64,000 nucleotides of DNA from Takakia lepidozioides (lineage: Eukaryota; Plantae; Bryophyta): contig CM060731.1 of the NCBI GenBank assembly GCA_030704615.1, positions 3,658,001-3,722,000 on the forward strand, in the 5' to 3' direction. The position numbers were made by a program, and so were the translations under genes. Below are positions 49,670 to 61,555 of the stretch, in pieces (the stretch's first letter is position 1; the number at the start of each line of letters is the position of its first letter). The notes under the pieces are model-generated. The model had not been told where the DNA came from. It made no database searches and saw only the letters and a list, made by a program, of their open reading frames with translations.

Positions 49670-50083
49670 CTTTGTCGCGTTATTAGACCTGCCTTCGAGT
49701 ACGGATCTGCAATATGGGTTGATAACTCCAACCAGGCTAAGTCTCTAGAATCCATTCAAGTGGGGGTGCTTAAGGAGTGTATGTCAGCATGCTCCAAAAC
49801 AGCCAATGTGGCTGTTCGGGGTGAGTTTGGCATTCCGTCCTTAAGCTCCCGACGAGATGAATTCAAGGTCAGATGGTGGGGTCAGCTGCAACATATGCCC
49901 AACACCAGATATCCTAAGTTAATCGACTCTATATCTTGGAAACAGGACCGCCCTGTCAAACAGGCTAAGTCCTGGCAGAAGAGAGTAGAAGAGATCCTCT
50001 ATGACATTCACATTCACATGAAAATTCACCTTCAGGGAAATCCACATTCTGGGATAGATATACAACACGTATTGCATTACTGA
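49667..50083 (+). mobile_element. Non-LTR retrotransposon ORF2 fragment (post-RT region, RTE/L2-like)
   Basis: VIRPAFEYGSAIW...LESIQ...TANVAVRGEFGIPSLSSRRD..KVRWWGQLQHMPNTRYPK is typical of the region following the RT core. Confidence 0.75.
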
Positions 50084-50563
50084 ATGCATTAAGATAGTAG
50101 CAAAAGTCTACAAGGGAGTCAAATCTGCTTGGAGACAACCCTGTTGAGCACGACCTGACCATCCCAACCTCAAGAGAAGCCAAGTTTCTAGTAGACAAAA
50201 ATATTGGCTCTACAATCTACTGTATCACTCGTTAGCTTGGAGATCCTTAAATGTTGGGTTTCCAACAGTTAAATGTTACTACCAGCAGCACTTTCTGACC
50301 AATGCGGCCTCCCATAATTGCACAAATCCGTCAAGCAGTGGATTGCAGGCACCAAACAGCCTCAACCCCAACCCAACAGACAGTGGAACATCTAGAGGGG
50401 TTGCTCAAGGAGTTGCTGAAGCACTGTCACCATCAACCCACTAGGAACTAGACTCTGGCCTGCAGAACCACACAAGGAGGTAGACCCAACAACTCCAGTA
50501 CCTTCAAGAAAAAGGCCCCTTCTTCAAGGATTTTCCTCAGCTAACTGGGCCTTGGGAAAGGTC

Positions 50564-51949
50564 TTACCCGCTGCCTTCAGCAGCGTTTTCCGTCTCCAAA
50601 TTGTCCTCTCTCACAAACTCTTCGACCAGCTCCCGCTGTCGTTCGCTAATATCCACAGGGATACTCACATTGAGATGCACGTACTGGTCACCATAATGCT
50701 TTGAGTTCAGCATTTTGACACCTTTTCCTCTCAGAATTTGCTGCTGCCCGGGCTGAGTGCCTGGCCGGACCTTGAGCATTACAGCGCCTGTCAAAGTTGG
50801 CACCTGCACGTGTCCACCCAGAATGGCCTGGGCGAAGCTCAGGGAAGTGTCAACGTGGATGTCCGCTCCTTCCCTTCTGAACAGAGGGTCATCCTCCACC
50901 TCTAGTTGAATAAGCAAATTTCCAGGTCGCTGGCCTTTAGCTCCGTGTCCTCCTTCCCCATTTATTTGCATGGTTGTCCCAGTTGCCACTCCAGCAGGAA
51001 TGCAAACATTAACCTCCCTCATACCCCTGCTCGTCCCTGCACCACGACAAGTGCGACATTTTTCCTTAACAAACTGCCCCGAACCTCCACAAGACGAGCA
51101 GGTTGACTCGAATGTGAAAAATCCTTGCTGTATCACTGTTCTCCCAGAGCCTCTACAGTCTTTACAGTTCTGTGATTGGACTCCAGGAGGTAGGCCACTC
51201 CCCTTGCATGAATCGCAGCGCACTGACGCAGCAAAGCTCACAAGTTTGGAACAGCCTTCAACGGCCTGCCTGAATGTCAATTGCACCTTGACCTGGGCAT
51301 GACGGCCAGAACCCCGTTCACCGCTGTAAGCCCTTTTGAACATCTCATCCATGCCTCCAAATATATCGCCAAATGCCTCTGAAAAGCCATGAAACCCAGA
51401 CCCACCTGGGGCACCCCCTGCAGCTGCTTGTTCGTAGGCCTCGTGCCCAACCTGGTCATACAGAGCTCGCTTCTCATCGTCTTTGAGCACCTCGTATGCC
51501 TGCTGGATCTCCTGAAACTTTTTGTCGGCCTCTGGCTGTTCCTTATTCACATCTGGATGGTGCTTCTTCGCCAGTGCATAATACGCGACTTTGATCTCTT
51601 TTGCGGTGGCACCTTTGGACAGACCCAAAATGTCATAGAAATCCCCTCTAGCCATCTGCTGCCCCGTCGCATGAAACTCCCTGTTGCCTCTGAACGCTCC
51701 TCCCGAAACCGTCTCCTTTCCATAACCTTGCCTACACCTTCCTGAGCTCGACGGGATTGGGCTGAGACCCGCAGCTGGCCACCGATCGCTGCAAGACGAA
51801 TGCAGACACCGTCTCCCATGGATAATCCACCCTGCCACCCCTCCTTGCACCTCTTCGGAACTCGAACCCTTGTGGGCAGACCCATTTGTTGGCCGAGCCA
51901 GCGAGCTCTGCAACACTTGCAAAGAGCGCCTCCATGGCAAGCGGCCCAT
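50564..51949 (-). CDS. GFA2: Mitochondrial-type class A DnaJ/Hsp40 (GFA2-like), intronless
   Basis: First ATG at 51949 (the track start is GTG). Arg/Ser-rich presequence ending REFHATG, J domain with HPD, G/F region, four CxxCxGxG repeats and the DnaJ C-terminal domain (FRREGADIHV, AILGG..QVPTL.G, GDQYVH). The symbol reflects subfamily resemblance only. Confidence 0.92.
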   Translation of the reverse strand: MGRLPWRRSLQVLQSSLARPTNGSAHKGSSSEEVQGGVAGWIIHGRRCLHSSCSDRWPAAGLSPIPSSSGRCRQGYGKETVSGGAFRGNREFHATGQQMARGDFYDILGLSKGATAKEIKVAYYALAKKHHPDVNKEQPEADKKFQEIQQAYEVLKDDEKRALYDQVGHEAYEQAAAGGAPGGSGFHGFSEAFGDIFGGMDEMFKRAYSGERGSGRHAQVKVQLTFRQAVEGCSKLVSFAASVRCDSCKGSGLPPGVQSQNCKDCRGSGRTVIQQGFFTFESTCSSCGGSGQFVKEKCRTCRGAGTSRGMREVNVCIPAGVATGTTMQINGEGGHGAKGQRPGNLLIQLEVEDDPLFRREGADIHVDTSLSFAQAILGGHVQVPTLTGAVMLKVRPGTQPGQQQILRGKGVKMLNSKHYGDQYVHLNVSIPVDISERQRELVEEFVREDNLETENAAEGSG

Positions 51950-52311
51950 CGCTGGCACACAAGGAGCTGCCCTGGAGCTGTGGGTCTGGCGGCACGACCA
52001 TCTGCGCCGTCTTCTTGCCCCCCCAGCACCTGCCTGCGCCTTTCCAAGAGGGCCCAGCGACTTTAGGGTTCGGTGCGGAACATCCTCGCGAATATGTCTT
52101 CCTGGTAACGGATCCGTTAGGCTAACGGAATGTCACATATCTCCGAAGCGCAGGGGAGACTGATGAGAGAGAGAGAAAGAGAGAGAGAAGTAAGTATGGA
52201 CAGGTTTCACTACCATTTGGAGCTGCTAAGGAATCATGATCTATGTCTAAGCACTGGAAGTGAATGAGAAGCTGGAAAAATCTGTCATGTTCTTGCAGTT
52301 CCTGCACGTAG

Positions 52312-55300
52312 ATGAAACAATGAGCACAGCACGATTCTGGGAGTTCTTCTCAGATCCTTCAGAGTGGGTTGGCAGCAGGTTTCATAAGGTGAGGTATCTG
52401 CATTTTGGGCAAAATGTTTCTGGCAACCAGGGTTCCTGATTTGTCGGGGGGGGGGCTCACAACTGGCATGCCTATGTTTAGTGGATGTGATTGTGCCTCC
52501 AGTTGCTTAAATTGATTATAGTTTTGGTCTTGGCATGAAAGGCAGCAAAAGAGCTCTGTACTGGTGGTGGTCAGTAGGTTGTTTAAGCATGCTTGAAAAA
52601 TGCTGATGCGTTGGCAGGTTCATCTGGTGTCTGCAAAATGTTTCTGGCAACCAGGGTTCCTGATTTGGCAAGGGGGGCCTCAAAACTGGCATGAAGATGT
52701 TTAGTGGATGTGATTGTATCTCCAGTTGCTTAAATTGATTATAGTTTTGGTCTTGGCATGAATGGCAGCAAAAGAGCTCTGTACTGGTGGTGGTCAGTGC
52801 TTGAAAAATGCTGATGCGTTGGCAGGTTCATCTGGTCTCTGTAGGGCTGCGATTTAGACTATGGCTTGTCAGCTTCCCAGTGGCGGCTTTCACAGAGAAC
52901 TCGAAGATCACCGGACTTCAGACATAAGCGCACAAGCGAGGTCCTTTGGATGGAGGGTTTGTCCAACCCTCCTTTGGGTTAATGCAGAGCTATTTGCCAT
53001 GATACCAGGCCAAGCACAATCTGGTGATGGTTTTAATTTTGATATACGCCATATCGCTTCAGGCGGCCAAGAATACAACAGGTATTTGCTTGAATGATTC
53101 CAACTCAAACAGATAGAACTGGTACAGTCATGTGAGTGTGCATGTCAAGGTAAACTAAGAGGTTTGATCATGCAGAATGGTCGGGCTGAGTCATCCACCA
53201 TCTTTTGAATCAGGCATCCCCACCAGGACCACTTCTTTTGAGAGAAGAGCAACAGAGGGAGTCCACGTACACGATTCTGGCACTTGTGGGGTTGTGAGGA
53301 CACTTTGTAAGACGGGACGACTGAAGGATGCACTGCACATTTTGAACCAAAAGGGCATTTCGACAGACTCCGGTACGCTTGTCTGTCTCTTGCAGGAGTG
53401 CATCAACATAAAAGGCTTAGCAGAGGGAAAGCATGTGCATGGCCACATGATCCAAAGTGAATTGAAGCCAAACATCCTTCTACTCAACACCCTTGTCAAC
53501 ATGTATGCCAAGTGCGGTAGTGTGGCGGATGCACGGCAAGTGTTTGACAAAATGCCTGAACGAGATGTTTTTACATGGACTACCATGATGGCAGGTTACG
53601 TGAGCAATGGGTGTAGCAGGGAGGCGTTGGAGATCTATGGGCAAATGAGACGGGAATGGGTGGTGCCCAACAGGGTGACGTTCATTTGTGCTCTCAAGGC
53701 ATGTGCCAGATTAGGAACCCTGGAAAAGGGCAAAGAGATCCATGCTGACATCATCAAAGCTGGAATAATGCCATATATTAATTTGGATAATGCTCTTATT
53801 AACATGTATGCGAAATGTGGGAGCATGGAGGATGCATGTCAAGTGTTCTGCAACATGGCTGAACGAGATGTAGTCTCATGGAATGCAATAATCACAGGAT
53901 ATGCCCAGCATTGTGGTGGCAAAGAGGCATTTGAGATGTATGAGAAAATGATACGGGAAGGGGTGAGGCCCGATAAGGTGACGTTCATCTGCGTTCTCAA
54001 TGCATGTGCCAGCCCGGCAGCCCTGGAAAAGGGCAAAGAGGTGCATGCTGATATAATGAAAGCTGGAATTGCTCCCGATATCATTTTGGAGACTGCCCTC
54101 ATCGACATGTATGCCAAATGTGGTAACATAAAGGGTGCACGTCAAGTGTTTGACAGTATGGTTCACCGTGATGTGGTCTCATGGAGCGCAATAATCGGAG
54201 GATATGCTCAGTGTGGGTGTGGTAAGGAGGCTGATGCCCAACAAGGTGGCATTCATTTGCATTCTCGATGCGTGTGATGCCCAACAAGGTGGCATTCATT
54301 TGCATTCTCGATGCGTGTGCGAGACTGGCAGCCCTGGATAAGGGCAAAGAGGTCCATGCTGACATGATCAAAGCTGAAATTGTCCCAGATATCTTTCTGG
54401 AGACTGCTTTTGTTGACATGTATGCCAGATGCGGGAGCATGAAGGATGCGCATCAAGTGTTTGACAATATGGCTCACCGAGATGTGGTCTCATGGAGTGC
54501 AATCATTGCAGGATATGCTAAGCATGAGTGTGGTAGGGAGGCTTTTGAGCTCTATGAGCAAATGATACAGGAGGGGCTGACACCTGACGAGGTCACATTC
54601 ATATGTGTTCTTGATGCGTGTGCCAGCCTTGCAGCCCTGGAAAAGGGCAAAGTGGTCCACACTGACATCATCAAAGCTGGAATTGTGTCGTATATTAATT
54701 TGGAGAACGCCCTTGTCAACATGTATGCTAAATGCGGAAGTGTTAATGATGCACGTCAAGTGTTCGACAATATGTCTAAACGAGATGCTGTCTCATGGAC
54801 TGTGATGATCGCAGGATATTCTCAGCATGGATGTGGTTGGGAAGCCCTGCAACTATTTGAACAAATGCAACAGGAAGGCCTAAAGCCGGATGGTATCACC
54901 TTTGTATCTGTTCTCTCTGCATGTAGCCATGTGGGTCTAGTGGATGAAGGCCATCACTATTTTGACTCAATGAGTCGAGACCATGGGCTCACTGCTACAT
55001 TGGAGCATTTTGGCTGCATGGTGGACCTTCTTGGCCGTGCAGGGCGATTGGATGAGGCTGAGGACTTTATAAACAAAATGGTAATCGAACCAGGTGTTCA
55101 GGTGTGGATGGCCTTGCTTGCTGCCTCTAGAATTTGTGGCAATGTGGAGGTAGCAGAACGTGCGGCAAAGAGAGTTGTCAACTGTGATCCAATGGATGCT
55201 GCAGCTTATGTGCTCCTATCCAACATCTATGCTGCAGCTGGCAGGTGGGAAGATCAAGTAAAGGTGAGAAAAATGATGGAGGACAGAGGTGTCAAAAAGG

Positions 55301-55710
55301 AGCCAGGGCGGAGCTCGATAGAGGTTGACAACCAGGTGCATACATTCGTTGTAGAGGACAACTTGCATCCTCAAATTGAAGAAATCCATGGTGAGCTGAA
55401 AAGATTGTCTGTGGAGATGAAGGCGGCTGGGTATGTGCCTGACACACGCTTTGTGTTACATGATGTGGTGGAGGAGCAGAAGGAAATATCTCTTTGCCAC
55501 CACAGTGAGAAGCTTGCAATTGCTTTTGGGCTCATCAGCATCCCCCCTGGGATGCCTATCCGCATAATAAAGAACCTTCGGGTTTGTGGTGATTGCCACA
55601 CGGCCACCAAGTTCATCTCTAAAATTGTTGGGAGATCCGTGATCGTACGAGATTCCAGTCGGTTTCACCACTTCGTAAACGGCGTTTGTTCTTGTGGAGA
55701 TTACTGGTAA
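52312..55710 (+). pseudogene. PPR-D: frameshifted PDF-PPR (17 motifs)-E-DYW paralog
   Basis: PDF exons are 52312-52388 (degenerate FWEFFSDPSEWVGSRFHK) and 52896-53081 (RSPDFRHKRT.EVLW, +1 frameshift near 52973). The main exon 53176-55710 is split into ORFs 53177-54277 and 54268-55710 by a deletion plus 43-bp duplication. The DYW domain itself is intact. No exon-1 homolog is recognisable. Confidence 0.85.
52409..52840. repeat. Tandem duplication (about 210-225 bp unit) in the PPR-D intron
   Basis: 52409-52632 and 52633-52840 both begin GCAAAATGTTTCTGGCAACCAGGGTTCCTGATTTG and end GGCAGGTTCATCTGGT. Confidence 0.9.
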
Positions 55711-57304
55711 TCATTGATCAAACAGCAGAATGCATTAAAGAAAGGATCCCTCGTCTCAAACTTGAGGTCACTTCCCCTTGGCTACTTCCTCTTTTCAATT
55801 GTGCGTCAGTTGCTCTCAGACATGATAGGGTCTCAAGGCCGTCCCATCTATTGTCTATCGATCATTCATCCATTGCTTTGGCTTCAGCCTCTGTGGGAAC
55901 AGAGAACAGTCCCAAGCTGCTGCACAAACAGAAAGGTAGGTTGTTGTTGCAACAACTCTGGTGAAGGTAATTTAGTTCTTTCTGAGAGCTCAACCCTGAC
56001 CCCGCACCAAAACGTGACTGTCTTTTCTTCAGAAGACCTGATGATGGAAAAAAGTGTTTGGGGGAGATATGACATATATGTATACACTAGAAGTTTTCCT
56101 GTATGTACAATATTAAAAGGGGTGAACTCATGCTAGAAATTTCGTGTTCATTGGATTCCCAAGCGCATCATGGCGAGAGGAGTGATGATTGATCCCCGAT
56201 GGATGGAAGTTGTTCGGCTGCCTCAATGCTGGCTGGGGTGGCCAAGGAAGCCACCAGTTGTCAGATTTGATGAAAGAATAGTCCAGCATTGCAAGAATCA
56301 ATTGCTGATCAAGTACTCCTCACTGGAACATACCACACCCGCCCAAGTACTCCTCATTGGGGCATACCACACCCGTCGAGGTAGCATGATTTGACCCCCT
56401 AATCATCTGGGTGGCACTCAGTGCACTATCCAACTGAGCTACCGACTGTTGGTGCATTCGTTGGGTGGTAGGTGTGGGGATGGTGACGCTATTGTATGTG
56501 CTTCTCATGGCCCACGCGAAAGGGAATATATGTAGAGCAATTTCATTGACGAGGGATTCTTTTGAAGGTCCAAAAATAAGACATGGAGGGTCGGACGAAT
56601 GGGATGGCATAGAAAGGGGTGTGGGTAGGGGTAATTTGGCTTGTGAGGTGTCAAGTAAAGCTTGAATGAAGGAATGGAGAAAGAAGTCTTTTTTCGTGCT
56701 CACGTTGTGCACACGCCGTTTGTGCTCACGCACTACCAACCCCCCCGGATTAGGCAATGGTTGAGGCTCCGGTGTGGAGTGAGGCCAAAAAGACTCGTTA
56801 TTCTACGCGTTCAACACACACTCATCTTGCTCTTGAAATTTCTGCCTACAATCCAAAACCCGCGGTTTAGACAAAACAAACAAAATAAAAAAACCCGCAG
56901 TTTAGATATGAAATTCAGGGGAAAAAATAAAATAAAAATAAAAAACAGTTTTCAACTACCATTTTAGAATCATTGTAGTTTGTTGTATGGTAATTTAGAT
57001 ATCTGCTTCACTGCTTGCTCTACTTTTGCAAATATTGTACTATGTTGCAACTTTTTGTAACCCCTTAAACTGTTTAGATTTGTATTTGGACAGAAAACCT
57101 AACTGTCGGCAGGACCATCTACTATTTAGTATAAATGTCAATAAATAAGTCTCTTATAATGAATTCCCGTATCAGAATATATATGTAAAAACAAAATGTA
57201 ATCATATATGTGTAATCTTTTTATAAATTTTCAAGGGTGTCCACTCCCTTTTTCAGATATATATATATATAATCAAATATTCATATACTACTTGTAATCT
57301 GTTG

Positions 57305-58110
57305 ATTTTATTTTATTTTATTTTAAAGGGAACAGGGACAGAGGCCCCGGTAGAGCTTTATTAAAGATTATTGGTGGGGGAAAAAATTAAGACCCCTGAT
57401 ACGCCGTAAGGCACACACAGCGTAAGTCAGTGAATAAAGAACCAACCCCTGCATGAGGGCGGACCATGAACATGCACAAGGAACATTAGCATACTAGGTA
57501 AGCACAATCGTGACTTCCTTAATGGGACCACTGCTAAGACCATAAAGATGACCCTAATAAGGGCGCTGACTTGGCCCGATCAGTTGGTCATCTGTAGAGA
57601 GGCCGAGAGGCTTTTGAAGCATTTTTGATATGCTTCCAATTTATTTCGCGATCGAACTCAGGAGATGTCGTGAAGTGGGGTCCAGACGTCTCGCCAGCTT
57701 CTGGGGGGCAGCTCTGCCCAGATGCAGGAGTCAACGGAGGCAGTTTCACAGATGAGACCATAGCTTCCCCAGGAGTCCCTAAATGCCGCATGGATTTCTG
57801 TTGCATTCTGCGAGTTTCGCTCGACGTCTGCAACCATTTTTGACCATGCTTTCCTGGACTCAATACTGAGATAGTAGAAGATTTTGAATAGAACAGAGGA
57901 GATAAGTGGAGGTAACCCTAGAGAATGTTTTTGCACATCGTGATTTCCATAGATGCCAAAGGGTAGAGCTTCTAAGAGACTCAAAGATGTCACAGCTGAA
58001 TGACTTATGTTTGGAAGCAGGGTTGTAGTTTAGGAGAATGTCAGTAGTGGATAGGGTTGCAATGTTCCAATGACGGTAGAAGGTTTTCACGAATGCCCTG
58101 TCCAGCTTGA
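57305..58110 (-). mobile_element. 5'-truncated L1-like LINE 3' end
   Basis: Minus ORF fragments include LRSSTLWHLWKSRCAKTF (the WxxWKxRxxxxF motif of the L1 ORF2 C-terminus), followed by a 3'UTR with AATAAA and a (TAAAA)n tail near 57305-57325. Confidence 0.75.
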
Positions 58111-58224
58111 AGGCTTAGAATTTCGCAAGCGATACTCTCCCAGTACACCAATTAGACTACTAACAAATACACCAATTTACATCATGAGCTGATAAAAACC
58201 TGTTGTATGAGCCAATGGAGGGCC

Positions 58225-58719
58225 CTAGCTGTTTGTCCCCGTGTTCCAAATCGGAAAGGAATCAAATGTGCCATCAATGATTGCACCACAGTATATCACA
58301 AGGTTCCCATCATCCTGCATCACGATTTCAATTGTGTTAAATAAAAGCTGATCGCAGTTATGAGAATGTTGTGTGTTAGAGGCCCACACATAGTTATTCG
58401 ACCCATCGTAGATCACCAAGTTTGCATCCAGCTGCATAACGACATAGCACTTCATACTTCTTCCAGCGCTGCCAGAGTCCCAAATCCCTTGGTGACCTGC
58501 ACCTTTGGTTGTGTCATACAACACTAAATTGCAGTCTTGTTGCATTACGAGGTTGTAGCGCAAATTCTTGCTTATCAGAGAAGATCCAGTTTGGATATAA
58601 TTCGGAGCCAAAAAGCTAGACTGGCCGTTCATGTCATCAGCTCGCACAAAGACTGGAGCTGCTAAGAATGTCAGCATTAGAGGAACAAAACACGCTCTCG
58701 CGATATCCAGGGCGCCCAT
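58225..58719 (-). CDS. GNA-related (bulb-type) mannose-binding lectin with signal peptide
   Basis: ATG at 58719, a hydrophobic signal ending VRA, and three QxDxNxVxY sites (QQDCNLVLY, QLDANLVIY, QDDGNLVIY) plus IWDS, VWASNT and IWNTGT repeats. Confidence 0.92.
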   Translation of the reverse strand: MGALDIARACFVPLMLTFLAAPVFVRADDMNGQSSFLAPNYIQTGSSLISKNLRYNLVMQQDCNLVLYDTTKGAGHQGIWDSGSAGRSMKCYVVMQLDANLVIYDGSNNYVWASNTQHSHNCDQLLFNTIEIVMQDDGNLVIYCGAIIDGTFDSFPIWNTGTNS

Positions 58720-60571
58720 GTCCACAGCTATATTGCGTTTCCCTCACATGCAACAACTCTGCAACAAGAAATTGAAGAATTCTATAATTTGGGTGTGACA
58801 CTACAAAGTACTCGGCATGACCTGATCCTGTCCATTTTGAAGACTCCCCGAGCGGTTATGTGTGGGTCCTTGGATATTTAATCTAACAACTCTAAAACAA
58901 GTGGAGCCGAGGTGGTGAATGAGACACTGTCATCTTCACACAGCAAAACCACACATTCACTCTATTAATGTCAATATACAAAAAGCTAGTCTAACCCACT
59001 ATCTCAAAATGCATGTAATAAACAAAACAAAAATATGATGTCGTCTAGTACATAGTTTAAACTTTAGCTGTGGCGTGACAGCTAACATGAGAATTTGAGG
59101 AAAAGTGGCTTATGTATTCTTGGGAGAAAAGTCACTATTATTAGAGGAAAATTGGCTATACTACAAATTAAATTGGGGGATATTGTATGAGTGTATTCTT
59201 TCTCGTTTGCTCATTTTAGTAAATTATCAAGTGTGTCATATTTTGATTTGTTAGATCAATTTGTGTGTCAATTCTTGTTTATTCTGCGGTCGAGTAAGTA
59301 CTGGTTGAGTAGCTGGAAGGGTGAGATTGTTATAGGAGTTCACACATAGGTGATTATGCAACTGCGAAAGAAGCATGTCCATGTGGATCATGTAAATCGA
59401 TTGACTACCAAAATTGAGAGCGAAAACGATTGACGACTCTCTTTCGGCTGCGGATGTATGTATAAATTAAGGTGGAGGTGATAATTATTATGAATACGCT
59501 GATATCTACCTATATTTAATTCTATTTCTTCTGTTTGTACTCGGAGAAGCAAAAACGTTGATAGATTCAGAAAGTGATGTCTTATACTATGATTGGTGTA
59601 AGATCGTATAAATTGGGCAAACCCTGATTGTTACGTTGAGTTGACCATGTGTAGGAAGCTTGTAGTCATGTGGACGCCTATGTTTACCTAGACAAAAGGT
59701 ATTATTAATAGGTTTTTGGAGATCAGTTCTAGACTAGCGACCAGACAAACCGCGAAAATGTGCAGGCTCTCATCCCCCTCTCCGTCCCTTCCATAGATGT
59801 TATCTTAGCAAGAGGCCATAGCCACAGCGAACCACTGGACAAGCCTCGTAGCCTTTTCAAACTAAAAGGCGGACAAGAAGGTGTGAGCGAACAAAATCAA
59901 ACCTCTCTTTAGGTGTTTGCCCTGAGCCGAGCCGAAAAGGGGGCGGCGACTAATGCGCTGCCCTGCTGGGTCAAGCTCTCCCCAAGCTTTTCAGGCTACG
60001 CTTTCTTTTAAAAACTCAATATTTTTTCTTCTTTTTTTATATCTTCTTTTTGCTGGCCCTCCGGACCTTCCGACGCTCTGGGAGTCTCCAATGAAGACAT
60101 CCGGACATTTAGGATCTTTTGTTGAAAGTATCGGCCCGAGGACTTGTCTTCATAAAATTAACATATAACGTACGTTCGTCATCCACCCGCTATATAGATT
60201 ATGTCATGATTTTGTCATATCTAAAATATATCTTTTAAATTATAAAAATAAATAAAATAATTATATGTATTACTATTATTTATTTATTTATAATATCCTT
60301 CTATATGTATTATTTTTATAATGTTATAAATCCTTTGGGGTAACTGTGGAACGGTAGCATGAACGAAGGAAGAGAATGTAAAGTGCCCTTGATTAGCACA
60401 ACGACAAAAAAATTTGATTGTTTGCAATGAACATGAAACCCACCAACCCTCATTTGACCAAAGGTACCAGTTCCCACTATTTTATGCCTGCTTCTTGTAA
60501 TATTAACCCCTAAAATTAGATTTTTTTAATACTCCTTCATTTATGTACGTAATGTATATGGGGATCATTAA

Positions 60572-61555
60572 CCCCTAATGGACGAGGCTGTTTTTGGTGG
60601 CCCACTCCAAAACAGCACATACCCTCACAGATGAGGGTATATCTCCCAGCTAACAAACATCCACAGGGATGAACCATATGAAAAGAAGGCTACCTACCTC
60701 ATGCACCTGCTGTAAAAATTCCAGCCCATTTTACCGTGTCATTAGGAAGATTATAACAAAATGGTAAGCCCTAAATCTGTAGTGTACTCCAATTTTAGAG
60801 GGAAGAATTTGTTTGACCAGGCTGTTGGTCCGAAAAAATATTTTTTCCTTGCAAGACCCCAACCACATTCCAATTCACAGGCACCTAAAGCATCTTTCCC
60901 CAAATTTGCAAAGCACAATTCCAAAATCTGCATAGGGTTGCTTTGTATGGGAAAACAGTGGGGTCAAAAAGCACCATTTACCTCAATTGACAGGTAATTC
61001 AGCCATAGGGGTCCAAATTGGCATTGGAACCACAATTCCAACGGTGGAATTGTTCCTTGAATGATTTCCTACTACCTCCAAAAAGAATTTCTGATTTCTA
61101 ACCAAAATGCAGGCAGAGATTTCAATTCCTACTTGAATCCCAGCTCAGGCGAAGTATTGCCTGAGCCGGTAGATAATTCCGGCCAAAAAAAGGGGCCACG
61201 TCATGAAAACCCATGAACACATGCGGGCTATTTTGTGTCTGCTCACTTTTTGTGGAGCCCCGCTGATACCCGTCGCCGGCAAATGCCGAGACCCAGCCCC
61301 ATCTGCCTACCACGTGGTAAAGTCAACCCTGCTGGAGGGTCCCAAACCCCTGATTTTTGGGTACCCCCACCCTTTCCAAAACATCCTGTCGGCTGTCCTA
61401 TAGGGTTTTTAGGGTGCCATCAACACAAGGGGGCGTAGAATTAAATTTCCTACATTTTTCATTCAAGGCTCGATTTCATCCGAGATCATCTCGATGATTT
61501 TCATCCATTTGAAATTTTCCGGCGACCCGATTCAGGTCGCCTCGTCCGTTAGGGA
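60572..61555. mobile_element. Non-autonomous piggyBac-like element flanked by TTAA
   Basis: TTAA(60568-60571)-CCCCTAATGGACGAGGC ... GCCTCGTCCGTTAGGGA-TTAA(61556-61559). The TIRs match at 15 of 17 positions and there is no transposase ORF. Confidence 0.75.

Noticed and set aside
35103-55671. Recurrent antisense ORFs such as MLPHLAYMS... and MAVTTHSKV...
   Set aside because: Reverse-frame shadows of the PPR repeats and DYW domains.
56170-56967. ORFs of 101-145 aa downstream of PPR-D
   Set aside because: No recognisable domain, and probably TE-derived.
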